DNA of 64,000 nt, from contig OZ059897.1 in assembly GCA_964057225.1 (NCBI GenBank), positions 9,610,001 to 9,674,000 of the forward strand. The letters are read 5' to 3'. The position numbers and the translations under genes are program-made. Below are positions 54,001-64,000 of the stretch, piece by piece. The stretch is from Auanema rhodensis. Lineage: Eukaryota > Animalia > Nematoda. How positions within the stretch are numbered: position 1 is the first letter of the stretch; each line of letters opens with the position of its first letter. The notes beneath the pieces are model-generated. The model searched no databases and had not been told where the DNA came from. It saw nothing but the letters and a program-made list of their open reading frames with translations.

Positions 54001-56023
54001 ATCAAATCAAATAATATAAATTATTTTTAAAATAATAAATAATAATTGACATAATTAAGCTGTCAGATTAAATCAGTAAGAAATCATTTATGATAAATTA
54101 ACTAAAATGATAAAAAACGAATAGAAAGTATTATTTGAAAAAAGAAAAAAAATATATATACATACATTAAAATCTTTAAATATACATTCGCTCCCCATTT
54201 TTTTATTTTTTTTTTGTGCTCAAAAGAAAAATAACAATTCGCTTAAAATGAAGGAAATCGAAAAAGAATAATTAATCTAGCTCACTTTAACTACGAAAAT
54301 CTTAAACTCAACGTTTTATAAGAATCTATGTACGTATCTCGAAATTGGGGAGAATTCAGGAAAAAATATTTGAGGAAATGCAAACGAAATGAAAAACGTT
54401 TTTTTGGCTCCAAATGCTTACCTGATAAGACCATTGAGCATGTGTATTGGTGTCCAATAAAGGTATGCTTAACCTCAAAAAAGGAAATTAGGCGTAAATA
54501 GGTTAAAAGTTCCGGAAATGGGTGGTCTGTCAGAACTTTTGGAGTGTAAGAAGATTAGGTTCAAACACCGAGTAGGCGGATCACAAGCTTACGCTGTGAA
54601 GAGCTCAGCTCTCTGTGGTTTCGAGAAAAGGAGATAGAGGTGACTTGAAATAATGCCTCAGAGCATGTAGCATGGACCGCCCCTTTCTGATGGAAAATAG
54701 ATTGAAGAGATGCAAACGAATAGTATTGATGGCCTGGTAGTTTAGTCCACTATCAAAACGTTCAGATCTCCAGGGAAGAGAAAGGGGAGAATGAGGTGAC
54801 GACGCAGTTATGAGAGATGAGGGGATTAGAGTGAAAGGGGAGGGAAATAAAGAGAGAGAGAGGCTGAGAGAGAAAGAGAAAGGGAAACACTGGAAACTTG
54901 TATACGAGACGACAGACAAAAACAGAGAGAACGAGTGAAGGACAGAGAGAAGAAAAAAAGAAAAGTGAATAAAAGCAACCGGTCATCGTTGTTGCAACAA
55001 ATTAAATAAATTCACGTGTGTACTGCACTCACGTGAGTTGCACGAGAAAACCATATCTGGAAAATATATTTTGAAAATTGAATTGAGATGAAAATTCACA
55101 TTGAACGCAATTTTCACAATGAAATAGCATTATAATGATTGGATTGAAAATGAAAATTAATATGATGCCTATCCTCTCATGACCAGATGCTCTTTGCCAA
55201 TATAATTAGATATGGAGCTGAGCCTTCCTGAGGGTAAGCAGAAAGATGAGCTGTGAGTGAGAAGTTGACTTGAGGTCTCCCCTTTTGAGCCTATGCAATA
55301 AGGGAACATAGCCTGACCATTTATGACGATTAGTGGCAGTGTTTATAGGAGTCAAAAAGGTTTTTGCGCATTTTCTCAACTTTATGCAGGCTGTTAGATG
55401 CTTTTAAACGAGCAGATACATGTTGCAAACTATTAAGAAGAGCCAAGAGATTATTGTTGAATCATAAGTATAAAGATTCATCAAAACGAACATCTTTTGT
55501 AGAAGTTTTGACTTTTAAAGAAAAAAATTAATGTTATATAGCAAAATATAAATATTTCAAGTGTATGCATAGTAAGTTAGTGTATGTACGACATCAGTGT
55601 GATTGGTTTTTCATCGTCATCTTCATCATCATCACACAATTGAGGTAGACATCACGAGCACAAATGACGTCATAGCTCACAATTTTAAGTTTTAAGGAAT
55701 ATATTTTAAGCATTGATGCCTATGTATAATGGAGATGACAGTAATAAATCATCGAACAAGTCTGCACTTACCTATAAAGCTTCTGATGCCATTCGCTATC
55801 GCGTACGTTATTTGATTTCTCACTATATACACTGGTCTTCCGTGTACCCATGGCCTTCTGTTGCTATTATATATGCATATTTATACATTAGATATATATA
55901 TATATTTATATTGATATATATATAATTTTTTTAAAAAATGAAAGAAAAGTTGAATTGAATTAAGTTAATTTACACATATTTGAGATGATGAAAATAAAAA
56001 ATAACAGGCAAAATGAAAGATAC

Positions 56024-56092
<69 letters not shown>

Positions 56093-59000
56093 GAGAGAGA
56101 TATTAGAATTTTTTTTTAGAATACACATTAGATGGATTACTTTTCCCTATTATTTCTCCTCATCTTCTAACTTTAATGAAATTGAAAATAAAAGAAAACC
56201 ACTGAATATAGTTATTAATATAATTATAGTAAAGCTATTAGGTTGAATGTTCATCACAAGACAAAAAAAATTGAATATGATGCATGTCGATGCTATTCTT
56301 TCTTCAAGGAAAAATCTTTTCTCGCATGAATTTTTGAATTGATTCTTCGAAAATTCTTTTGTAACTTCTATTCTCTCGAGAATTATAATAGATCTTGATG
56401 AGAATAAATCAGATTATCCCTCTTCTGTTCGTGAATATAAAAAAGATTTTCATGTAGTTTTCTGTTTACAAGTTCGAAAAAAAAAATTTTTTTCCCTAAA
56501 TCTTAAGTTTATGTTGGACCAAATAATGTCTGCTGTCTGGTGGTTTGAATTCTTACATGCATGTACCGTTTCCTTCCTATTATCGATAACTTCAAGGAAT
56601 AGATGAAGATATTTACCAAGCACAATACTCAAAACTTCAAATTCATCTTACAAAGAAATATTCATTGTGTAGGCGGATGAAGAACAATATCAGAAAAGAA
56701 CTGAACAGCACTAACGGGTTTGACAGAGATGACACCATGTGCTTTCTTTCTCTCTTCATCATCTTAGTAAAATTTTTTAAAACTTATATATGTATACAGA
56801 TTACACATTCAATCACAATACTTCTTTACTTTCATTATATGCTGTAATTCTGTATTCATCTTGAACCTAAAAGGTTTGAGCCAAAATTCATTAAAAATAC
56901 TTTTTTCACATCCCACCCTGTTGTCAAGTTATTTTGTAATGACAACTGCTGTCTTAATTTTTATTTATTTCGCTTTTCCATATTTTCCTTTATAAGCTTA
57001 AAATGACATTTGTCTTAAAAAGTGCCAATGTACTATTTTTCAAATTGGCTCAAATGAGTATTTGCAATATCAGGAAAACATGAAAAAACTCTGCCTCATA
57101 ACTAAGCAGAAAATGGGATTAACCTTCTCTCTCTCTCTCTCTGTATAAAACTGTGTATTTGCTTATTTCAAGTTTAATATGTTTAGTTATAAACTTCATA
57201 GTATCATGCTTAAATACATAATAATATCAGATTTTTAAGAAAATTATGATTTCAGGTGAATTATTGGGAATTTGTAAGATGAAACCAAGGATACATCAAT
57301 ATTTGATGTAAGTCGGTTACAATGATGCAATAGAATATTCGTCTAAATATAATTGGAAGAGATAAGTATAGTCGCAAAAATCCCACGATGCACTTAGTTA
57401 TGTTTGAGTTTTCAAATGAAAAAAAAAGAAGAAGAGAAAATTAGCCAAATATGAATAAAGGAAAAGTTTGAGAAATACTAAATTCTTGATCATCGACTTA
57501 TACATATTGAAAAAAAATTTCCAGGAAGTACAAACGAAGATAGAAACATATCCGCTTTGTCAGTCAAAAATAATGAAATAAAGCGGTGTTCAATTTGCAA
57601 CCTATGCCGAAAGTGCACAACATACATCCGAGGGGGAGAGAACACGTAAAGTGATCAACAACGGATGTACAATAGGATAAAAACATGAAAAACAAAATGA
57701 ACGTGAGGTTTATGATTGGGAAAATCAAAAAATAGCTCAACCGATTGAATAGCTGGTATTTCCATACATATCATTACAACATATGAAACGGATAGAGAAA
57801 GAGAGAGGGAGAGAGAGAAAGAGAAGAAAAGATAGAAAGATAACGGAAATGAAACAAAACGTCTCCAGAATAGTTGAAATCTGAGAAGGCGTATTCAATA
57901 ACTCATAACTTGTATAAGATTTTAATTTCATTAATCATTGAAACAAAAGAAAATTATGCATGAGCTGGTTGAATCTCAGTACTTTAAGATCTATCCAATC
58001 GATTATCTGTCTAACTTTTCCGTGAAAATAATAAGAAAGAAAAGTGGATGGAAAAATTTTTCATTGAAATGAGCAGCTGCCTAAGTCATTCTCCTTCTTC
58101 AATTCTTCTTCATTTTTTTCTTTTCATCTCAACATTTCTTTCATTATTTCTGATGTCATGATTGATCTAAAGCTACATGACTTTGCTCCTCCTTGATATC
58201 ATCAAAAAACCAGCAAAAAAATTAGATTTTATGCCAAAACAACGAAGTAAATGAGCAACAGGTACATATTTAGTTATTCGGATATAATATATATAAAGAG
58301 AGAAATGTTTTAAATTAGAAAATAAATGATAAATGCTCATCAATCTAGATAACTAATTATATTTTATTCGGAATTTATCAGATTATATATTATCTATGGA
58401 ATGAGATAGAAAGATAGATTTGCATGTGTGAAGCTCATTAAAATAATTGGATAATTATCATTTTTTAATACATTAATACTATGCTATGATCAGAAAACAA
58501 TTGATATTTAATCAATTATGGATTCTAACTTTTTATTTTTCTAGTTATTATACTACAAATCATGTTCTCTATTCATTCTATTGAGAAGCATCTGACTAAT
58601 ATCATCTTATGCTCCTCCTTCTTCTTCTTCATCTTCTTCTTCATCTCTCATCTTGTACCTGCGTGTGAGCCAAGCGCTTTCGATGTAATTTGGTTTTTGG
58701 TGAAATTCCTGAATTTCAATTCAGCTGGAAATTCAGAGTATATCGAAAGTTCGAAAAAAAATTAGTTAAGAAGCAACGTAATTGAACCAAAATTTCTTCT
58801 ATTAGAAAACGAACTTTGATTATCCTATCTAAACGATGCACACATGAATTAATTCAGCTTTCTCAGCATGTATCACACATGAAAACAAAGGTTCTGACAC
58901 TTTTTTTTCAACATTAGCGCTTCAGATTTCACAACGAAAAGCCTTTTTCTGCTCGTCACCTAGTCTGACCAAGGCGTCTTTGAATCTCTTCAGAACAAAG

Positions 59001-59366
59001 AGAATTTTTTATTTTCAGTATGGAGATTATAGAACTTATGAAGCAAAAACTGAATTCTAAAATACTCTTTATTGTCTCGTAAGCCTTCTATCAGCTTCAC
59101 CAGCGCCTGGTCATTTGGCGTTGAAATTGAACGTGTGTTGCTCACGCAGAACTATTTTTCACAAAAAAAAATTCTGTCAAAGGTTAAAAATTTAGTGAAA
59201 ATTACATTTTTGGTCTTATTTCATTGCAAATTATTTGAATGTTTGAGGAAAACCTGTTTGCATCTAAATTTCATGATATTCCGTTCAAAAAGCATTTCCA
59301 CTATGGTAAAATATTTTTTTCATTAAATACTTGAAAAACTTACCCTCGACGGGTGAAACGAAACAT
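43263..59366 (-). CDS. shk-1: Shaker (Kv1) voltage-gated potassium channel; constant exons in 45875-43263, alternative 5' exons up to 59366
   Basis: T1 domain [27 protein letters not shown]...FFFDRHR; S4 [31 protein letters not shown]; pore TMTTVGYGD; S6 [20 protein letters not shown]. First stop TGA at 43265-43263. The core is high confidence; the distal start is inferred from splice phase. Confidence 0.9.
45327..45390. repeat. Imperfect (CT)n/(CTTT)n tract in a shk-1 intron
   Basis: Pyrimidine-only repeat next to an exon donor. Confidence 0.9.
47616..47689 (-). CDS. shk-1: Candidate proximal alternative first coding exon of shk-1 (acidic N-terminus)
   Basis: [24 protein letters not shown] then AG/GTATGA, a phase-2 donor that matches the phase-2 acceptor at 45875. 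Confidence 0.6.
48921..48983. repeat. (CT)n microsatellite
   Basis: About 30 CT units with two T substitutions. Confidence 0.95.
51054..51095. repeat. (TA)n microsatellite
   Basis: Uninterrupted AT run of about 21 units. Confidence 0.95.
51813..51986 (-). CDS. shk-1: Internal 174-nt phase-2/phase-2 exon assigned to long shk-1 isoforms
   Basis: TTTCAG acceptor, open frame [63 protein letters not shown] donor. Length is divisible by 3 and the segment is GC-rich against its flanks. Confidence 0.72.
54422..54441 (-). CDS. shk-1: Candidate alternative first coding micro-exon of shk-1 (MLNGLIR)
   Basis: ATG CTC AAT GGT CTT ATC AG/GTAAGC is a strong phase-2 donor. Confidence 0.5.
56026..56100. 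repeat. (GA)n microsatellite
   Basis: Long imperfect GA run; it explains the spurious RERERE ORF. Confidence 0.95.
59344..59366 (-). CDS. shk-1: Candidate distal alternative first coding exon of shk-1 (MFRFTRRG)
   Basis: TTTTTACAG acceptor (exon begins at 59391), a 25-nt leader, then ATG TTT CGT TTC ACC CGT CGA GG/GTAAGT, a consensus phase-2 donor. Confidence 0.6.
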
Positions 59367-60957
59367 GCCAAATCGAAGCGACCGAATTTGGCTGTAAAAA
59401 CAGCGTTGAACTTATAGATCTCTAAAAAACAGAAAAAACAATTTTATCAAAGATATGCAAAGTAATGTTTTCTACTAAGAAATTAGTTCACTTTAGAACT
59501 AATCAAATGCAACCACAAGATTCAAAGTATTTTGCGAAAATATTAACGGAAGAATGAATAACAAAGCAATCAGATCAGGCGTTTTCTAATTAGAAACATA
59601 AAAGATTCACAAACAAAAAATGATAAAGCAACAAAGAATGGATTAGAATCCAATAAACTTATGAATAATAATTCAAAAATAAAAGATAACTATATAGATA
59701 TATATAGTTAGATATGGATGCAGTATGAAGATTGAAAGAGGCTTCTGGTCAGACATCTAGAGTATGCAAGGTAGAGTAGGAAGAAGCTATAGAATATGGA
59801 GAATGAAGCTCATGATTCTCATGATTCTCATACAGCATGATAAAGATAACATTTAACATGCAGACATGTAGAAAGAATCTTGCTGATTTATAAAGATAAA
59901 TCTTGCGAATTGGTATTAGAAAACAATAATCACTCAAGAAAATTATAATTTTCAAACTGAAAGCTTTATATATCCACATACACATATATATTAGTTTAAT
60001 CCAATATTCCATTGTCTCTTTTAAAAATAAAAAAAGATTTATATGTCAACATAAAGGTCTAAGCATAAACTAAACTAGCAGTTTTAATGAGTGTAATTAA
60101 AAAACGGAAGCAACACAGTCATATTTTTTAGATTTTTGGATTTGAAAAAAAAACAAATCTTTTTATTTTTTTCAAAGAAACGATAAAATATGAGGAAAAT
60201 ATATGAAAACGGAATAATTAAAGAACGAAAATTCTGATATTAAAAATTTTAAAAAATATTTTTTTATTTTATGATTAATCTAAACGTTTTTCAGCTAAAG
60301 GAAAATAACAAACCAAATTCATTGTATGTATCATTTGATAAATATTTCACAAACAGTTGAAAATGGTATAACGGACATACAGCACGCAGAATCAGTAGTG
60401 TGAATATAGCTTTGCATAGATAAACTAGAAGCTCAATTTATTAAAAAATAACTTCAAACATAGAAGAGATATATCTAAAGATGTTTTGCAGTGCCAGATA
60501 GATAAGTTTTTCAAATTACGAAATATATATGAGATGAATGTAACTTAAATCAATCAAACTGACAATATGCTAATTATTTGATGAGTTATTGATTGAAATG
60601 AAATCTACGAAAAATTAAGAAAAGTAGTGATCATCTAAAATCAATTTGTTTATTATAGTTTGAGCTATATTTCTGGAATAATCACAAAGTACGTTACAAA
60701 TTTGACACAAGTACACAATTTAAAACTTATTCGTTTATCTATTACTCTGGTGGGTATTTTACAACTTGTTTAAGATTTCTGTTTGAAAGAAAAGGAATGT
60801 TTTGTATGAATTAATTATATGACCATATAATAATTCATATCCTTATTGTATTTTTCGAAGTCTCTTTTGTTAAAACCTATTCAAATTGATATGCTCATAA
60901 TTTCGTTTTGTTTTTTAAAGTTCGTTTTAGATGTGTATATTCTTTGTGATTATAGAA

Positions 60958-63082
60958 ATGCCGTCAGTATTTAGCCATAAGCATGACCTCACTAAAAAAC
61001 GAAAAACTAATAATGAGTCTGATCTATATGATCGTTTTGAGAGTAGCCAAATGGGTTATGTTCCAGCCCATTTTGATGATAAAGATGACGACTTAATTGA
61101 AATTGTAGTAAAATCTTGGGAGCCTGGAATTGGCATTGCTGGAGTAGACAAAATATTTAAACGTTTGCTTATGAGACCACAGGTACTTTAGCGATCAAAC
61201 TTTAATGTATGTTCATCTTCAGACGTCACCCAGATGTAAAACATATCGAAACGATCATAACTCACTTCAACGATTATATGAAATATTCGTAATTGCGACT
61301 GAAATAAATTCAGTGCGAACACAAAAAATCTCAGAACAAGTACGTACCAATGGAATAATTTATAAATTAAGAATGTTTCAGTGCTTTAATGGAATTCAGT
61401 TGTTGCCAACATTAGAATTTTTTTTATTAGCTAAATATCCTCTGTTTGATCCTAGAATAATACTTTGTACTTCCTCATTTAAAAAGCCAAATTTTGAATT
61501 TCCATTTATGAAAAAAATGAAAGGGCGGTATGATATGGGAGATAATTCAGTAATTTCAGTCAGTAACAATGTTTTACATTTTAAGAAGATTCAACTCTGC
61601 AGATAGTCGCTAATGGCAAATGTTTGATTGAAAATTCGAAGTCAGCTGCAACATTCGATTCTGAACAAATTTTTAAAATTGCGGAAGAATATCAGTAAGT
61701 TCCTATTAATAAAACTAACTAATCATGTTTCGTTTTATAGTTCTCCAACAGAGAAAAAACACAGAATTTTTCGCAAAGTTGTTCGAGTAGGAGAAGATGA
61801 TTGGGATAAATGTATTTTGCATGCAGTTGCCGCAATATATTTGTGCCGAGAATGTTCAAAACATATTCTTTATCAATGGTCCAAACTGCATTATGATCAG
61901 AAAAAGGATTGCCAAAGATGGACCGAAATCTTACATATAGCTTTAGGATCTGTTAATGTAGCTTCTTTATACTGTTTTTATCATTAAATAACTGTTAAGG
62001 AACCTGTTGGACGTGTTTTTATGGAGAAGCATATTGGGGCATCCCAGGCTGATCTTTACGTAATCCCATCAGAATGGGAAATTGATGGAAATGAAGATGT
62101 GAAAGAATTTTTCAATTTACCGGAATCTCCAAATTCTACAACAGTAAATCATCAGGTATATTAAAATCTTCTGCTCCATTTGTACACTCAGTAATTCAGT
62201 TTTTCGAAAAAGATACTACTCTTCGTGAAAAGAGTACCATAGAAATTAATAATGATACATTATATCACGAGGTATGTGGTATCTTTGATCTTTTATTAAA
62301 CTAAGAAATAAATAATTTAAGGATTTGTCTGCGAATGATGATGCATTTTCAACAGTAGGCAAAAACACTCAACACGGCAGCCAGGTATGATATTAGACAT
62401 TTTTTAGATGTTTTAATTTATATTTAAGGCATTATCTTCGAGTTATATCTATATATCTGATATCGATAACAATTCACTTTTGAGTTCTTATTCATGTAAT
62501 CCAGATAATTTACAGACTCAAGAAAATCGTAATGATATAGAGGTTAGTTGATTTTGTTTTTATTTTATGACCTATGTAATCACACTGCCATCTCTCTGAA
62601 GCCCTACATTCAATTCAAATTTGCATTGTGTCTATGACATTGTGTTTGAATATCGTATTGTTAAGTTATTAACACAGTCCGACTTTTAGAAAACGACAAC
62701 ATCGCAACCATGTAGTTCTCACTTTGCGATAGAAGATATAAATAAAACCGATGAGTTAAACTTTTCAGCTTTATCAAGTATGATTCACATTTTTGTTTTT
62801 AAATACTAAATATCTTTAAGATTTCACCAATGATTCCAAGTTTTCCGTTTCAACGTTTTTGTTTGTTTTCTTTTAATTTTTTAAAATTTTTATTCCAATT
62901 TAAGAGATTCATTAAATGAGATGGAGAAGATATTCAAAAAAACATCTAAACTTCTTGAAACAAGATTAGATGTAGAAACTGCTTCAGAAGTAGCCCGGAA
63001 ACTCAATTATGATAATATTGCTACATTAAACAAAATTTTCGAAGTTACTTCAGAAAATTTAAAAGAATTCTTAAAACAATAA
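60958..63082 (+). CDS. Multi-exon protein of unknown function (globular N-terminal half, acidic/Ser-rich middle, short helical C-terminus)
   Basis: TTATAG-aa-ATG start, regular ~40-nt GT-AG introns linking open frames, KKRK near the N-terminus, and last exon ...SENLKEFLKQ* (TAA 63080-63082). No family recognised. Confidence 0.7.
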
Positions 63083-63265
63083 CTCTTTACGATCGTCTTA
63101 TTCGCATGATTTATTCGAGAAAAAATTTGAAGTATCTCCTTAGGACCGTTTTATGTGTTGTGAAGAAAAAGTTCCGATAGAAATTGATATATTTATAAAC
63201 GTTATGTTCAATATACAATGTTGAAAATTTGTTCGGATGAAATAACATATAGAGAAACAGGTATA

Positions 63266-63731
63266 TTAGGTGGGTCCAGCTGGTCGCATCAAGTTATGTG
63301 GATATTCACCCTTAGTCTTAGGAGAGAACAATAAGTTTGACCTGAAAAGGTTGAAAAAGAATAAATAAAGAGAAACCAAGTTTATATCTTCAATTTACCT
63401 GTGAGGAATCGGATCATGAGGTCCAGGGGTAGGTACATGCCCAGCACAATATACCTAAGTAAAATGGTTAGTTCAATTATTTTCAAAAAGGTGGCAATGT
63501 TTACCTCCAAATCTTGTGTGTCATTACGGTTATTATGATAAGTTTTAAGAGAAAGTCGAGTACCACAAATCCAACATTTGAAACAACCTTTATGGAACAT
63601 AGCTCCATCTTTTAACGGGCCCATCTAAATGAATTAGCATTCAGTTTTTCAGTTGTTTCATTTTTTTATATTTGACAAACCTTATCATTAAAATATGTTG
63701 GGCGTTTACAACGAAAGCAAGGTTCCTTCAT
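63266..63731 (-). CDS. LIM-only protein with a hillarin/LTD-1-type LIM domain; 4 exons (63731-63681, 63624-63505, 63454-63399, 63341-63266), 100 aa
   Basis: MKEPCFRCKRPTYFNDK/MGPLKDGAMFHKGCFKCWICGTRLSLKTYHNNRNDTQDLE/VYCAGHVPTPGPHDPIPHR/SNLLFSPKTKGEYPHNLMRPAGPT* contains the full C-C-H-C-C-C-C-H ligand set. Confidence 0.88.
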
Positions 63732-64000
63732 ATCTAAAACTTCTAATTCAGGAAGCGATCTAATCAATAAAAAAAATTAAAAACAACGAATTCTTGAAGA
63801 AAAAATAACAAGAAACAACAATGTTAAAATACATAAAAACATATACATAAAGAAATGTGTATATACAAGAAATAAGACAAAGCTAAGAATGTGATGAGAA
63901 ATACAGATCAAGGAGAGAGCTTAGTGGCTCCGACTGACGACAAGAACGAGGACTAGACAACGAGAAAAGACTGTTGAAGAGAATTCAGAAGATAGCAGGA

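Noticed and set aside
56013-56246. RERERE and SLSLSL type ORFs here and at 45260-45586 and 54605-54986
   Set aside because: They are translations of GA/CT microsatellites or, at 45260-45586, off-frame and antisense readings that also overlap a shk-1 exon.
1-64000. tRNA, rRNA, CRISPR arrays, intact transposases, telomeric repeats or DNA-elimination motifs
   Set aside because: None was recognisable by eye. tRNAscan-SE, Infernal/Rfam and a repeat-library search would be needed to exclude small or divergent elements.

Overview
AT-rich eukaryotic genomic DNA from a rhabditid-type nematode, judged from ~40-60 nt GT-AG introns, TTTCAG/TTTTAG acceptors, acceptor-like sites just before several start codons, and clear homologues of C. 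elegans genes. The ORF track shows only exon fragments, so the gene models were spliced by hand. Order: FoxD/unc-130 (-) with a ~13 kb upstream region lacking a convincing intact gene; an SLC22-type MFS transporter (+); a secreted protein with two Cys-rich modules (+); a 139-aa DZIP1/Iguana-like gene (-) with a perfect X-box, absent from the ORF track; G-alpha gpa-11 (-); an unknown Ser/Arg-rich gene (+); CCDC93 (-) head-to-head with Bin3/MePCE (+); a multi-C2H2 zinc-finger gene (+); the Shaker channel shk-1 (-) spanning ~16 kb; an unknown gene (+); and a 100-aa LIM-only protein (-). The strongest leads are (1) the miniature ciliary DZIP1 with its RFX/DAF-19-type site, (2) a UGA-CUA readthrough candidate in shk-1 that continues across apparent spliced exons, and (3) three phase-matched alternative N-termini for shk-1. 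All product calls rest on motif recognition from memory; no database searches were run.
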